A stretch of 64,000 nucleotides of DNA. Origin: Lama guanicoe (lineage: Eukaryota). The first letter of the stretch is position 1; each line of letters begins with the position of its first letter. This document shows positions 1-12,650 of the stretch, one piece after another. The position numbers were made by a program, and so were the translations under genes. The notes beneath the pieces were generated by a model. That model searched no databases, was not told where the DNA came from, and worked only from the letters and a program-made list of their open reading frames with translations. The stretch spans positions 10,654,873 to 10,718,872 of the forward strand of contig MU053881.1 in assembly GCA_013239625.1 (NCBI GenBank), in the 5' to 3' direction.

Positions 1-2323
1 TAATTCAGTTACTGAGCTAAAGTCACTGGATAGACTGCTTGCTTAGCTTAGGTATGTTTTTCTGCCAAGGAATAAAGTGATATCCATTATTTCATTTAGG
101 AAGTATTATTTGTCACATGTTTTAAAGACCAGTCAGGAAGAGTTTCGTTTTAGGTATCAGAAACAGAGTCTCTAAATCCACGACTACAGAAAACATAATT
201 GTTAACCAAGTCTAGAACTCTAGAGGTCTACCCAATATTGTAAAAGCACTTAAGGTTTCAAATTTTGTTTAGAATAATGACAAGAGAAAAAAATGAAAAG
301 AGCAGTATCACAAGAAAACTGTGTCATATTTATAGCACATTTATAGTAGAAATTTCTTTAAGAATAGTAACTTGTAAAGGCACAGTTAGAATTTGGTGAA
401 TCTACTAAACCAAGTTCAGGTGTATGTTAATTACCCACAACTTTCCACAGTAAAAGGTGCACCCATTTGACATCTGTGTATACATTTTTCCCCTTTAACC
501 TAGGGTAAACAAGTAAGGAAGCCACCCCAGAATTTCTAAACAAGAGCTAAAATGACACAAATGAACAAAATATTTCAAAACACAGATGCTCATTGTCACT
601 GACAGTCAAAATCTGGAATGAAGGAGTCTGGGAAAGGGCGAAATTCAGCATCCTGCCAGTGGAAAAATCTCATTAGAATCTCTTGAGATTTATCTGTCAC
701 TCTGACAGGATAATTTGATTTTAAATTCCATCACTGCTAGCCCTAATTTTTAAAATTAGATTGCAAAAAAGAAAAAGTGACTTCTTTTTCTCCCATATAA
801 TGAATAATAGGATACTATGAATCAAAATCAAGGTTGCCATTAATCAGAAATTACAGGGAAAAGATCTGAAAAATTTTAGGGTTTGAGGGAAGCAGAAAAG
901 GTTCCCTCCCTCACTCTCCCACCCCTCGTGGAACCAGAGTAAAGATCAGTTAAAAGAGATTCTTTATGAAGTTTAATTCGGAGCATCAGAAGTTTCTCAT
1001 CAGTGTAGAATTTCAAGACTTTCCTAAGCCGTCTGGTTTCCTTCAATAGAGCAACACTTATTCAACCCCACGCTGAGCCCATTTAGTGCAGTATTATCAT
1101 AATTCATTTCTCAATGAGAGTTTTTCAGGCCGTAGACAAAACATGGTAAAATGTCAAACACAGCCTTACTTTCAGGTGTTACAGTTGGTACCTACAGTCA
1201 CATAAATCTTATAAAAATCCAATCTCTTCTCTTCCCCTTTTTCAATAAAGGGGCAAATAAACAATTTAATGCCAGTGATGGATGCAAGTAATGCCACTTT
1301 CAGAAGCTGATCTACTTGAAGATCACTGCCTGCTTTTCCAGCTGTATTTCTGTAAAGCACCTTGGAATCCAGGTTTTCTCAGGCCCACAGTGATAATCAA
1401 ACTTCTGTCTTGACCAAAATGGAACAGAATGCCGTATCTTGAGAATTGCTTTTTTTTTTTTTTACATTTTCAGATAACACACTTCAAACACTTTCCAAAT
1501 ATTAACATTTCTAAAGAATGAAGACTTAATGTCAACCTGCTAGTTAGGGAATTGGGTTCGTGAAAGGTGAGCAGAAGTTTTCCATACAAAGTAAGAGAAG
1601 TCGGAGGTGACTCTCTTACAGCCTCGTCATAATTTAGCAGAACCAGCTCTGATTGGCTCACCTTCCAACAGAGTTCTCCCTGGTAACACACACTTTCTCT
1701 TTAGGGAGCTGTGTTTCTCATGCCCGGGACCTGTCACTCTTTTAAGTCCCATTTCCAAGTTCCTCCCTGCCACATATCTGCTTCTAGGTAAACGAATTAA
1801 GAGACAAACTATCTTCTGTCACTTATTAAAACATCACTGTACCTCCCTAGGAAACAGACCATGTAAGAAACAGCCTCTCCCTTAATTGAAACTTAGAACC
1901 AAATGCTTCATACAATTTAGTATTTTTACATTTTGAGACATCCTGGTTCTACTTTCTGAGAGACATCAAAATACTAAAAAAAATTAGCGTATTCACATTT
2001 TTCAAACGGGATCACACTTTCTACTTGGTAACACAGGCAGATTAAGTCCTTTGATAAAGTATTTTAATATTTAATATGTATATGCATTCATAGCATTCAT
2101 TTCTATATATACATATGTATATATGCACATGCATATGTGTCTGTATTGTATGTCAAATCTCAAAGAGTCACTAGCTTCACCACTGAACTGTGAATTAAGG
2201 AAATTTGAATCAGAAACGTGAATTCACTTTACTCCCATTTATCAAGGAAACTCCAACAGTAATTATTTTAAATGATAGCTTTGTATATTGTTCAGATTTT
2301 AGAAGCTTAAGGAAAGCACTTAC

Positions 2324-2418
2324 CTTACAAAGGTGAGATTCCTCTCCCATACGTGTGATCTCTCAGGACACCTTCCTGATTCTTCCTAAGCGGTGTGGCT
2401 TTAATAGCAGCTTCCCAC
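2324..2418 (-). other. Candidate 95-nt exon of an unidentified minus-strand transcript
   Basis: Acceptor ttctaattttgcaacag|G with a branchpoint-like ctaat, and a consensus donor AAG|gtaagt. All three frames contain a stop. Confidence 0.45.
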
Positions 2419-3229
2419 CTGTTGCAAAATTAGAATTGGGATTTTTTTTTAATACAGAAAAATAATCACTTTGTTCAAGTTTTATATTCGTGTAATCAAT
2501 AAACTTGTAAAAAATGTCAATACATACACACAGGATTTGGGGAGTTAAATCATCCACCATGACCTTTTATTTTTTTCTGGACAACTGTCTAGAAAATATG
2601 GCAACTGTCATACATAATAAAACACAAATGATGGAAAAGTGATATGAAAAAATTGCATTGAGATAGATACTCTTAAGGGCCCTCATCAGAGATGTTCAGC
2701 TCTTGTCTTCAGGAAAAAAACTCCTCAAAGATTTCACCTTCACCCTGAACATAGCTGTGACGAGCCGGTCAAGGTCCACTGAATCCAATTAGAGCAGTTT
2801 TCTGGGAAAGGAATTGTGATTCTTGACAATATTAGGGCAAAATACTGCAAGCTGTTTTAACTTCAAGGAGGGCAGTGGTAGCTACACTCATCTTTAGTCT
2901 GTGGCTTAAAACTGTGTCGGCAAGCCGTGGCAGAAACAGAGTATTTGTCAAGCTTTACTGGATCCAGCCATTGGTTGTTCTGCCCTGGAAGGCTGTCATT
3001 TGTTTATATTCTGTTGCATAAAATCAGGAGAATGTTTAGGGGCTAGAAAAATTGAGAGCAGTGGACAGAGAAGCCAATGTTGTCTGTCCTAAGTGAATAG
3101 AGGGCTGATGTTCTGTGAATCTTACAGGAAAGGACTCACAAGATTCACCAACTCAGAGACCTGAGAGTTACCAGTTCTTCTTCACTCCGTCAGCTCTTCA
3201 ATAACCCCTGACAAATCCATCTCCTGAAA

Positions 3230-3865
3230 GTCTCCTTGTGTGTCCCTCCTATTACACATCTCCTGCCGTTTGCCCCATTATCTGACTGTGCACCACAGCA
3301 AACTCCTTCTGAGTAGTCACCGTCACCCAGTTCACTCTGCACTCGGCCAGAAGCTTCTTCCTCAAACACACATATAAACGTGCCGACCTGTGACTTATTT
3401 CACATCCAGAGTTCTTCATTCTGAGACCCTCAAGGAAAAATAGACTATCCTTCACGATCTGACTTTCGCCTCTTTTGAAGATTCATCTTTTGAATGCCTC
3501 TACCCTTTCCCAGTTTATTTTGAGCTCCAGCAATACCACGCTTTATGGCGTCTACAAACTCATACTGCAAGGACGGTTCGTTCTGCCTTTTAAACCACCT
3601 AGAAAAGTTCCATTTGTTTTTCTAAGATCTGCTCTGAGATGTTACCTTCTCAGACACCTTCCCCCGCTTTGCCTCCTGACAGCGTAAGCACCCTTTCCTC
3701 CAAGACGCCTCTATAGCTGGTGCTTAGCGTACTCGTCTGGTTACATGTCTAGAGTGCCCCCTTGAACGTGAGTCTTTTGGTCTAAGTCCCATATATCATT
3801 CATCTTCAGTTCTGAAGTGCTGAGCACAGTGCCTGATCTATCAAGGAAATGCATCTCGAATTGAG
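3230..3865 (+). mobile_element. Degenerate LINE-2 3' fragment
   Basis: Pyrimidine-rich L2-like body ending in gtgctgagcacagtgcctga, similar to the L2 3' end. Confidence 0.6.
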
Positions 3866-4065
3866 TCCAAAGACCTTTCCTTTTTCCTTTTCCATATACT
3901 AATGAAGATAAAAACGTCTCAAGTCAATACTGAGCATCCCCAGTGCTTAAAGATCTTTTGAACTCTAATTCAAGTGGAGGGTAGTAGATGACTGATGAGA
4001 ACCTAGTGTTTTGATTCTGCAATTGCACCCAATATGTTTCCAGGTGATGGATTCTATTGCCTTAC

Positions 4066-4273
4066 CTTCATCATACTGGAGTCCCCCCCAAAATGCTCAG
4101 ATTAATCTCCAAAGGGAGTTTTGTGTTCTCTAAAAGTGCCTTAAAAAAGTTATTGGAGTATAGTCCTCAGTTTTACCTGAATTCCTGCCATTCAACAGAT
4201 AATCTGTCAAGGCTGCACACGGCCTAATGGACTATGATTAACTGACTGCCATGGATGATACTTTTAGCAATTC
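4066..4273 (-). other. Candidate non-coding or UTR exon (208 nt; 97 nt if the internal donor at 4177 is used)
   Basis: About 50-nt polypyrimidine tract ending in ccccag|G. Donors CAG|gtaaaa (4177) and AAG|gtaagg (4066). The long form ends in ATG ATG AAG. Confidence 0.4.
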
Positions 4274-5639
4274 CTGGGGCGTTGAAGGAAAAAGGAGAAA
4301 GAAAAGGAACAGAGAGAGAAAAAAAGACTGCTTTATTCCTGAACATCCAATGGCCACCCATCTGTACGTAGGTAAGCTCAATGAATACATTTCGTCCTCC
4401 CTGGATTTAATCTCCACAGGTACTGCTGGATAGATATTTGTTCCCATCAGGTTAATATTTTCACAGCTAATATTTGGTAAATAAAATCAATGCAACATCT
4501 GTGCTGGGTTTGGTTTGTCCACATTAAAGGAGGCCGGATGGGATGGAGTGAATCGCATAATTATACCGGTCCCTTCGCCTGCTCTCCCATGCTGGACATG
4601 AAGCTGTAGTATCAGTATAAACCGCGTCTGATCAACATGCAGGAGGAATGCAAAGGCACTTGCAGGTTTTTCTAATGCTCTTTTCTACCTTTCGAAATTG
4701 AGTGGCTTCCTCTAATCCTCCTGAAACTTCACACCTCACACCCCTTCAAAGCCCAGTGCTCACACATGGTAGCATTAGAGGAGAGATTATTAAAGACCCC
4801 CATCGGAACTGTGGCCTATTCATTTTCCGTGTAAACCGTGGGGTTCCTGTGCAGACAGGGATGTGCCAACACAGACCCAGACAGCTGCTGCACTAAAGCT
4901 GCTCCGAGTGCAGGTGGGGAAACAGCTTGTGATATTAACAAGACTAGATCCTTCTCGTGGCTTTCTATAGCCTTTATTTAAAATACAGAAAAACGCTTTC
5001 AAAGACTTATTTATAACTGTATCAAGCACAGATTGCACCAACATTATGCTGCAATGAGCACATGTGTTATTCATACTGATATTAAGTATTTTTCTTTTTG
5101 GAAATAGCCAAAAGGAAAAAAAGAATGTTTCCTGGGGATGATTTCAGATAGGAGCTACTAAAACCCTATCAGCAAAGCTAACGTGGGTGAAAATAGCTCT
5201 TTCAAAATTTCTTAAAAATCATGAAAACAAATAAACAAAAAGATTCGGTGTAAACAGTGAAATTGAGACGTAAGAAACAAAAATTTTTAGACAAAGGTTT
5301 TACAGATACCACAGCTGTCACATGCTTTTTTTTTCTCCTTCATATAAAGATCATAATTAAATTAAATGAAATATTCCACATCACTATATACATATATTTT
5401 AACTTCTTTTTTTAACTCAGTAACCCTTAGCAGAGTTCTTAATATTAAATATACTCATTTTTTCCCCTGAAGTTTTATTAATCTCCTACTGTGTGTCACA
5501 GTTAAGTATTAGGACCCACATAAAAATGTCCAAGCTATGTCATTGGCTTTAAGGAACACACACCTCTTTGGGAAAACACAAACATTCGTTAAGTGTCAAT
5601 GAGAATTAAAAGTGGCAATAATAATAGTTATGGGCCAAA

Positions 5640-5830
5640 AAATGCAGACTCAGCCATGCAATAGGTATGTAATTTTCAGAAATTTACTTAAAGTCTCTGG
5701 CCTCAGTTTACTTATCTTTAAAATGAAGGTCAAAATACAGTCTATCTTAAGGGCTTTCCTGAGAAATAAAGGAGCATTTAAAAATGATCAGCCATAGAGT
5801 AAGCACTCAGGAAATAGGAGTTGTTATGAT
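5640..5830 (+). mobile_element. MIR SINE
   Basis: Core gcctcagtttacttatctttaaaatg and tail gagtaagcactcaggaaat. Confidence 0.65.
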
Positions 5831-7519
5831 CCTATAGTAATTTATATAAGTTGGGCTTATCTGGGAAAGACACTGACTATGGAACTACACAGAATAAAAT
5901 GACTTTTTTGCACTCAGAGCACTGGAAATATTTGATGTAATAATAAGGGGAGAGAAGACATCTCAGGTTGAGGGACAATATTGAGCAAAGTTATGAAACT
6001 ATGAATAAGCAAAAGACGTGTTTTATAAAGTGACAAGAGTCATAGGAGATATATTTGAAAGGGAGGAATGAATGCGTAGAAAATCTGGATGCTACACTGG
6101 TAAATGGTTATCAAAGAGAGACATAAATGGATAGAGTGAAGGACAAAACTCAGAAGACTTCCTCTAGCATTTTTACTCAATCATTTTCACCCTTGAGTCA
6201 TTTTCAGATTTTTTTTTTAAGTTTCAAATTTCTGCTGAAGTTACGATTTTATTTGACTTTCCAGTGATATTCACTCCCAGCTCAAAACTGTAAGTTGCCC
6301 ACCTTGCTCCACTGTATGCACATATTCACATTGCTGTAAGTCAGTTGAATTTCCATAATATTCCCATTTTCCTACAACTTGACCTTTATTCCTTTTTCTT
6401 AAAAATGCATTTTAAATTTTGGTCATTCCAAGCATCTCAAATGTCTATGTTAGCATAATCATACACAAGCACACATACCCCCTCTGTCTCTCAGGTTTAA
6501 CTTCAAAGGGAATTTTGATTTACTGTTGGGTATTTACTGGTTTTACAGTCTTGGGCAACCATTTATTCACTTTGAGTGTCAGTTTTCTCAGTTACAGAAA
6601 AACTAGAAATAATGCCTGCTTTATCAGCAAGGAACAATGAAGGTAACAGGAAACAGACCAAAGCCATGAAGTTAGTATGAAATATGAAATAAATATTGCT
6701 ATTATTTTATTATTCTTAATATTATGCTTTCAGAACAATCTTCAGAAAAAAATCTTTCAATATATCCATAGTAGTCAAAAATGATTGCTGAAATGTTTTT
6801 TAAATGGAGAGCAAAGCCAATTGAAGTCATATCCTTACAGAAAACTCATCTCACCATCAGGAAACATTAACACAGTCTACTCTTACAAATAAAGGAGAAA
6901 CGATTGTTTCAATACATATTTTGGGTTTTTTTTGTTTCAGTGTTGGAGCCAAGTATTTTCAAGGTGAAAAGGCTAACTTAAAAATTACAGTGGGATTATA
7001 TTAACAAAATTTAAAATTGGGTTACATAATTCAAAATTTAAAAATTTTGAATGAGAGAAAATTTTAAAAAAATCTAGAATTGGAATTATCAATGTTTATC
7101 CTTTATTACATGTGTTTTTATCAAATAATCATCTGACTGTAAATATTAGAATTAAAAATAAAGCTTTTGACTTTTGATTTTAGACCCCCATATTATCATG
7201 TCCCTTATGCAAAATCATATTATTTTTTACAGTATAAGACCCAACACATATTATGTAGATAGCGACTTAAATAGAGATAAATACGCTGTTTTCTACAAAT
7301 GAAATATTAAGAGGTGAACTGCTTGCCTAGAGAATAAATAAAATACTCTTCAGATAATAAAACCAAAAAATACTTTAGAACAGGCTTTATGTCTTCTAAA
7401 TTTTTTTTGCAAACAATAAAGAGAAAAGACAGAACAGGTTTCATTATTTTCCACTGAGAGGAATAAAGTGCTCAGTAGTTGTTTTTTTTTTTCCCAAATA
7501 GTGAAACAATTCCATATAA

Positions 7520-8330
7520 AATATTTAAGGAAAATATGCTTGACTTGAAAAATAAAAGGAAACTGGAATACTATAAAATTTTTAAAAATGGTGAAATATT
7601 TGCTAAAGCTCTGGGTATTCCTGAATATCACAAACTTCTGGAAACATATACAAGGAGATATTGTAGTAACTGAATTAGAGTAAGTAGGCACCAAATTGAT
7701 GTATTTTCCACTTTCCTCTAGCATATGAATTTGTATCATGTGCATTACAACAGTAATAAAATTACTTTACCATGTGGCATTGCACAAGGAAATAGAACAA
7801 TGAAAAGGTACTATCCAACTGTTAAAGATTGCAAAGATTGCTAATATTGCATGCTCTTTGTTTAAAGATTTCTATTTCTGTCTAAATTGACATAGCCTTT
7901 AAAATCCACTTACATTTTGAACTAGCATTCTAAATCTATTAATTTCATGACTGGACATACTCAAATATATAAATATATATGATAAGGATGTTCAAGACTG
8001 TTTACAGACTTACTGTCTAAAATGACCAACAATTTAGAAGACATTCAAATGCCAATCAGTAAAAAAAAGTGTTAAAAATTTCCCACTACAAAAAAATGCC
8101 ATACAACCAGGTAAATTAATCCCATATCCAAGATGTATGGTTAAGAAAAAAGAAAGTTACAGAGATGTATAACTATTTATTGATAATTATTTAACTATAT
8201 ATGAATATATGTTATTATAAATAACAGAAAATTCCGCAACAAACCAAATTGTGAACACATTCTCTCTCAAAAATGAGATTATATAGGACTTTATTTCCTC
8301 GATTATATATTTTGTATTGCTGACTCTTTT
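7520..8330 (+). mobile_element. Highly decayed old L1 (L1ME-like) fragments
   Basis: A-rich sequence with L1 3'-region motifs such as catagcctttaaaat...tttgaactagcattc and acattcaaatgccaatcagta. Confidence 0.45.
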
Positions 8331-11300
8331 CTCAGAAGGTAAAAAGAAAAGTTAAACAAAGCGTCCTTCAAATAGTATTGCATCTGTAATTACTCTAATA
8401 CCCTAGATTTTGCTTCATTCATTCCAGACCATGCATAGAGTACTTGGGGGAAAATGATTAATTTGTTTACAGAAATCACTTCATTTGTCTTCCCAAAGAA
8501 TTAGGAGGAAAGTACATAACAAATGTTTAACGTTTTGCCTGTGGGTTTAGACCTAAAAATAATAAATAAGAAAGAAGAATGAAAATAATGAAATTACTGT
8601 CTAAGAGGGTGCTATACTTAGTCTCTTAGAAAAGGGAGAACAGATAGTGAATGATGCTAAAACAGTTAACAAACAGACCCTCGCCCCCACAATCCCTGGT
8701 CTGCCTTTCCCTTTTCAGCATCTAAGTAACCTAATATAAAATGTAAGAATCGTATTACATATCAGATTAATGCAGAACGTGGCAGGAAGTGCAGACAAGT
8801 GGCTGTTTTAGAAATGAATAGAGTTCATGAAGTATTTAATAAGTATTGATCCTGATTCACCAGGGGGTAAGCTACACTCTGCTACTAAGTTAAGCGCTTC
8901 TGAAAGCTGCATCCGCTGTGGGGTCAGCAGTTCAGCTAATAGCCAGTCATGAGCTATTGGCTCAACACCCTTCATGAAATCAAGGCAGGGCTTCTCCCCA
9001 GTTCTCCCTCCCTGGCTACGGACTCCATTTGGGAATTGAAAGGATTCTGTTTTTGAATACAGGACATGGGTGGGAGGTCATCGTTGACAGCGGCTGAGTA
9101 ACGGTGTGGAAAATAAACCTCTCATTTGCTGTGGCCATCAACAGGGGAAATTGGAGGATATTTTCTGCTGCTGTTTTAAAACCCTCAAAAAACCACTTAA
9201 GTCATTTCATAAAGTTCGATTTCTTCCTGGATTTTTTTCTTTTCTTTCTCTCATCTCTTCTTTTTCTATCTTTCTCTTCCTCCCTCTCTCTCTCATTATT
9301 TCTAGTTTTTATTACAGCATCACAGAAACTAGCAAGAGTCTACAAGGAAGATCTTAGGGACAATGCTACTTCTTTTGCTGAATTTTTAAACTGTGTGCTT
9401 ATAAGTCAGTCTCTTTGGACCTTACTTTTCCATCTGGGCTTTGAAGCTTATCAGACTCAAAAGCTGCCTGAGCAGGAAATGAACGGAAAAGGGTGATTTA
9501 ATATCTCATGCTTCAGAATGTTTCATAAAAGAATTAGCTAATGTATTAGCAGCTTTATAGTCCAACTCTTCGTTCCCTCTCTCCTTCATCCTGGGCTTCC
9601 AGACTGGCACATCTAACAGAAAACTTGAAACTCAGAAACCATTTTTAAATTGAAGAGAGTAAAATACCTTTTTTTTTTTTACGCTATAGATAATGTAAGT
9701 ACTGCCTGGAAGCAGTCCTTAGTCTTGAAAAAGCCTTGTCTTTGTTTCATCATGTGAAACGAAACCAATGTGCTTACCAGATCAGAAGAAACACTCTTAA
9801 CCCCCGTGGTTTCATGTATTTAGTATCTGTATAGAATATTCTCCTAAAACTTGATACTTTATTAAGCTAGCTGGATGGCATAGAAATTATTTTTTAAGTA
9901 AAACCTGTATTAATATGGGAGAGTTTAAATGTAACACAGGATGAACCATCTTATGGCCATTACTTCAGCTGAGGGAGTTCGAATTCAGGTTAATCTGCCT
10001 AATGTCTCAAAGGCGGATGGGTCACAGTCCCAATCATCCTCTCCATTTTTGATGTGGTCAAGATGAGGAATAGAAACCACCTGGTGTTTTCAAGGAGCAG
10101 ATCCAGAAAAGGAGCTCCTGTTTCTCAGTCGCCGTCCAGTGTTCTCTGTGCCTGAAATGAATACTGAACACCAAACTACGTTGCTTCATTTCAAGTTTAC
10201 AATGGAGCTGACAAATTATATACTGATAAAGAATCTTAAGTTCTGAAATATCTTTAAACAATGATATCCTCCACATTATGCCTTTTTTTGTCTTTTATTT
10301 GGGGTTGTGATTTCCTTTGAAAGCAGTCCCCTCCCTAGGTATGGCTTAGCAGCTAAAATGGGAGTGCTCTCAGAGGGTCAGTTTGCATTTCACTGTGAAT
10401 ATTGTTTATTTGTATATTAACATGTTCCTAGTGATGTGTATAAAAACGTTATGAACTATATTTTTTTTTAAATGTGCATATCTTTATAGATTTTCCCTCT
10501 AGTTCTGGCTAACAGAATTCTTTTACCCTCACTCAGGCATCAGTCATCCCTTTAAAAGCCCGATGAAAATTCTGGTAAATTTTCAAAAATTATGCATTGA
10601 TGAAAAACATTGAAAACAAGTCAGAAATCGAATCCAGTTGCCACAGGCAGACATTGTGTAAGCAAGCTAATAAAATACTCTCCTCACATTTATGTACAAC
10701 TAGTGTTTCCACAAAAACCCCCAAAGGTATTTTTCAGCAATGTAACAAATATATTTTAAGTATATATACTTATATTAAATACATTTAATATATATTGGAT
10801 AATAAGAAGGGAAATTATCAAACACTATTTTTCACAAAAAGGCACTGAATTTATCCTCTAAAAATTAAGGCTGTGAAGAACTAGTACAAATATTGGCATT
10901 TCTATCTGCAAAATGAAGTTTAAAAAAATCAGAATTTTCTCTATGACAGAAAATTTAAAATTCAGAAATAACCAGAAAGGAGAACAAAGAAAGGAGTGTA
11001 TATAACTGATCAGGGACAACTTATTTCTTGTCAGATAAAATACGTCTATACTCCACACCAAGTCAGAAAAATAATTTTTGACAGATTTAAAACTTCTCAT
11101 GGTAATTATTAGGTAATGAAAACTGAATAGATGCTGAGAAGAGAAAATGAGAAGAGGGTGCAGGAACCCAGGCGGCAGAGGTGTTTTTGCTATAACATCA
11201 TCAAAGATCCAGGGAAGGGATGTATCTCTTTGGCTCCCTAACTTTGAAGCTCTTGGCGAGACACAGACCAAAGCATGGGTGTAACAGTGGATTTGAGCTG

Positions 11301-12479
11301 CGATAAGGAGCCAGCTGCATATGAACTTCTGACAGGCACTTAGCACAGGTCGCTTTGAGGCTGCTTATCACAGAGATGATGCCCAGCCCTAAGTAATGGA
11401 GGGAAGTTAAACTGCCCTGAACAGAGAGCAATTTAAATGTATTTACACCAAGTATTTTCCGTTTTGCTAAGACATCCAAGAGAGTGTCCAAAAATTCCAT
11501 ATTATAAAGTGTTTTTCCAAAAGTTTTCCCTTAAATAATCACTGTCTTCTTTGCAATTCTCTGTAAAATCTTATATTAAAAGGGCATAATATCAATTTTT
11601 ATGTTTTGAACAACAAAACACAATGCCCAAGATGAAACATTGGCCTAAAATGATGCCAATAAGTGAAAAATTTTGATACGTTTAGGGGTCATCCGATAGA
11701 ACTGGTTTAAAGAAAAAGATCCAGATTTATTTAATGTAGAGTTGGTAATTTTTTTTTTTATAAAGACGTGACCTCACCATTGCAAGGCTAGATACTGGTA
11801 TTAATAATTTTTTGGGCAAGATGTATCAATGTGTAATATATTAACTGGCTACACTTAAATATTTGGGGATCATGAAAATAAACATCCAGGACAAAGTAAG
11901 CAAACAAAGGAACAAACAAATGAACAACTAACACTGGTCCATATATTTTGCAAATGAATATTGTGGCTCATAATAAAATTCCCAAGGAGTAGCAACCTAT
12001 GTAGATTAAAATGTACATCTATCTTAAAGACCTTGGACAGCAGTGAAAATGAGATGCTTAGGAACTACCTAGATGGAAAAAAAAATGTGGCTTTAGTGAT
12101 AATAAAAGACAGTAACAGCAAAGATATAAGTCAAATTTTTGAACTATTACTTGAAGCAATGGATGATTAAAACTCAATATCTTCCTATTGATCTATTATA
12201 TTTGATAACACTGTTGAATGTGTATCATTCCATGCGCATCTTCATTTAATAAATTGATATTTTAAGTGGAGCTTTGACTACTTTAGCTGCATTCCCAAGA
12301 GTTCATGTGTTCTAGTTGATGAGCACCCAAAAGCAAACAGTGAGAATCCAGGATAAAGTAAATCAGTATTTTTTTTGATACTTGAGAACATTACATCTTT
12401 CTACAATTTGAGATGAGAAAAGGTAATCCAAAGATAATACACATCAGAAAATTGTGTGTAAAAATTAAATTACAGTATA

Positions 12480-12650
12480 ATAAATAACCAGAGCTAATTG
12501 CAAGGGTAAACAGGAGGCTTCAGGTTTTGGTGCTATTTCAATTCCTGATTTGGCTGCAGGTTACACAGATGTCTTCCCTTTGTGAAAGCACTTGAAGCTG
12601 TGTTGTTATGATTTGTGTATATCTCAGTATTATGTGTCATCCAATAATAG
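12480..12650 (+). mobile_element. L1ME-like 3' end
   Basis: ttcctgatttggctgcaggttacacagatg...tttgtgaaagcacttgaagctgtg...tatgatttgtgtat resembles the L1ME 3' terminus. Confidence 0.6.

Noticed and set aside
10858..11346. 162-aa hydrophobic ORF
   Set aside because: The hydrophobicity comes from the T-rich strand. It has a non-ATG start and no family motif.
11580..12360. Possible decayed transposase or retroelement coding remnant
   Set aside because: I could not read any diagnostic motif. A Dfam HMM search would be needed.
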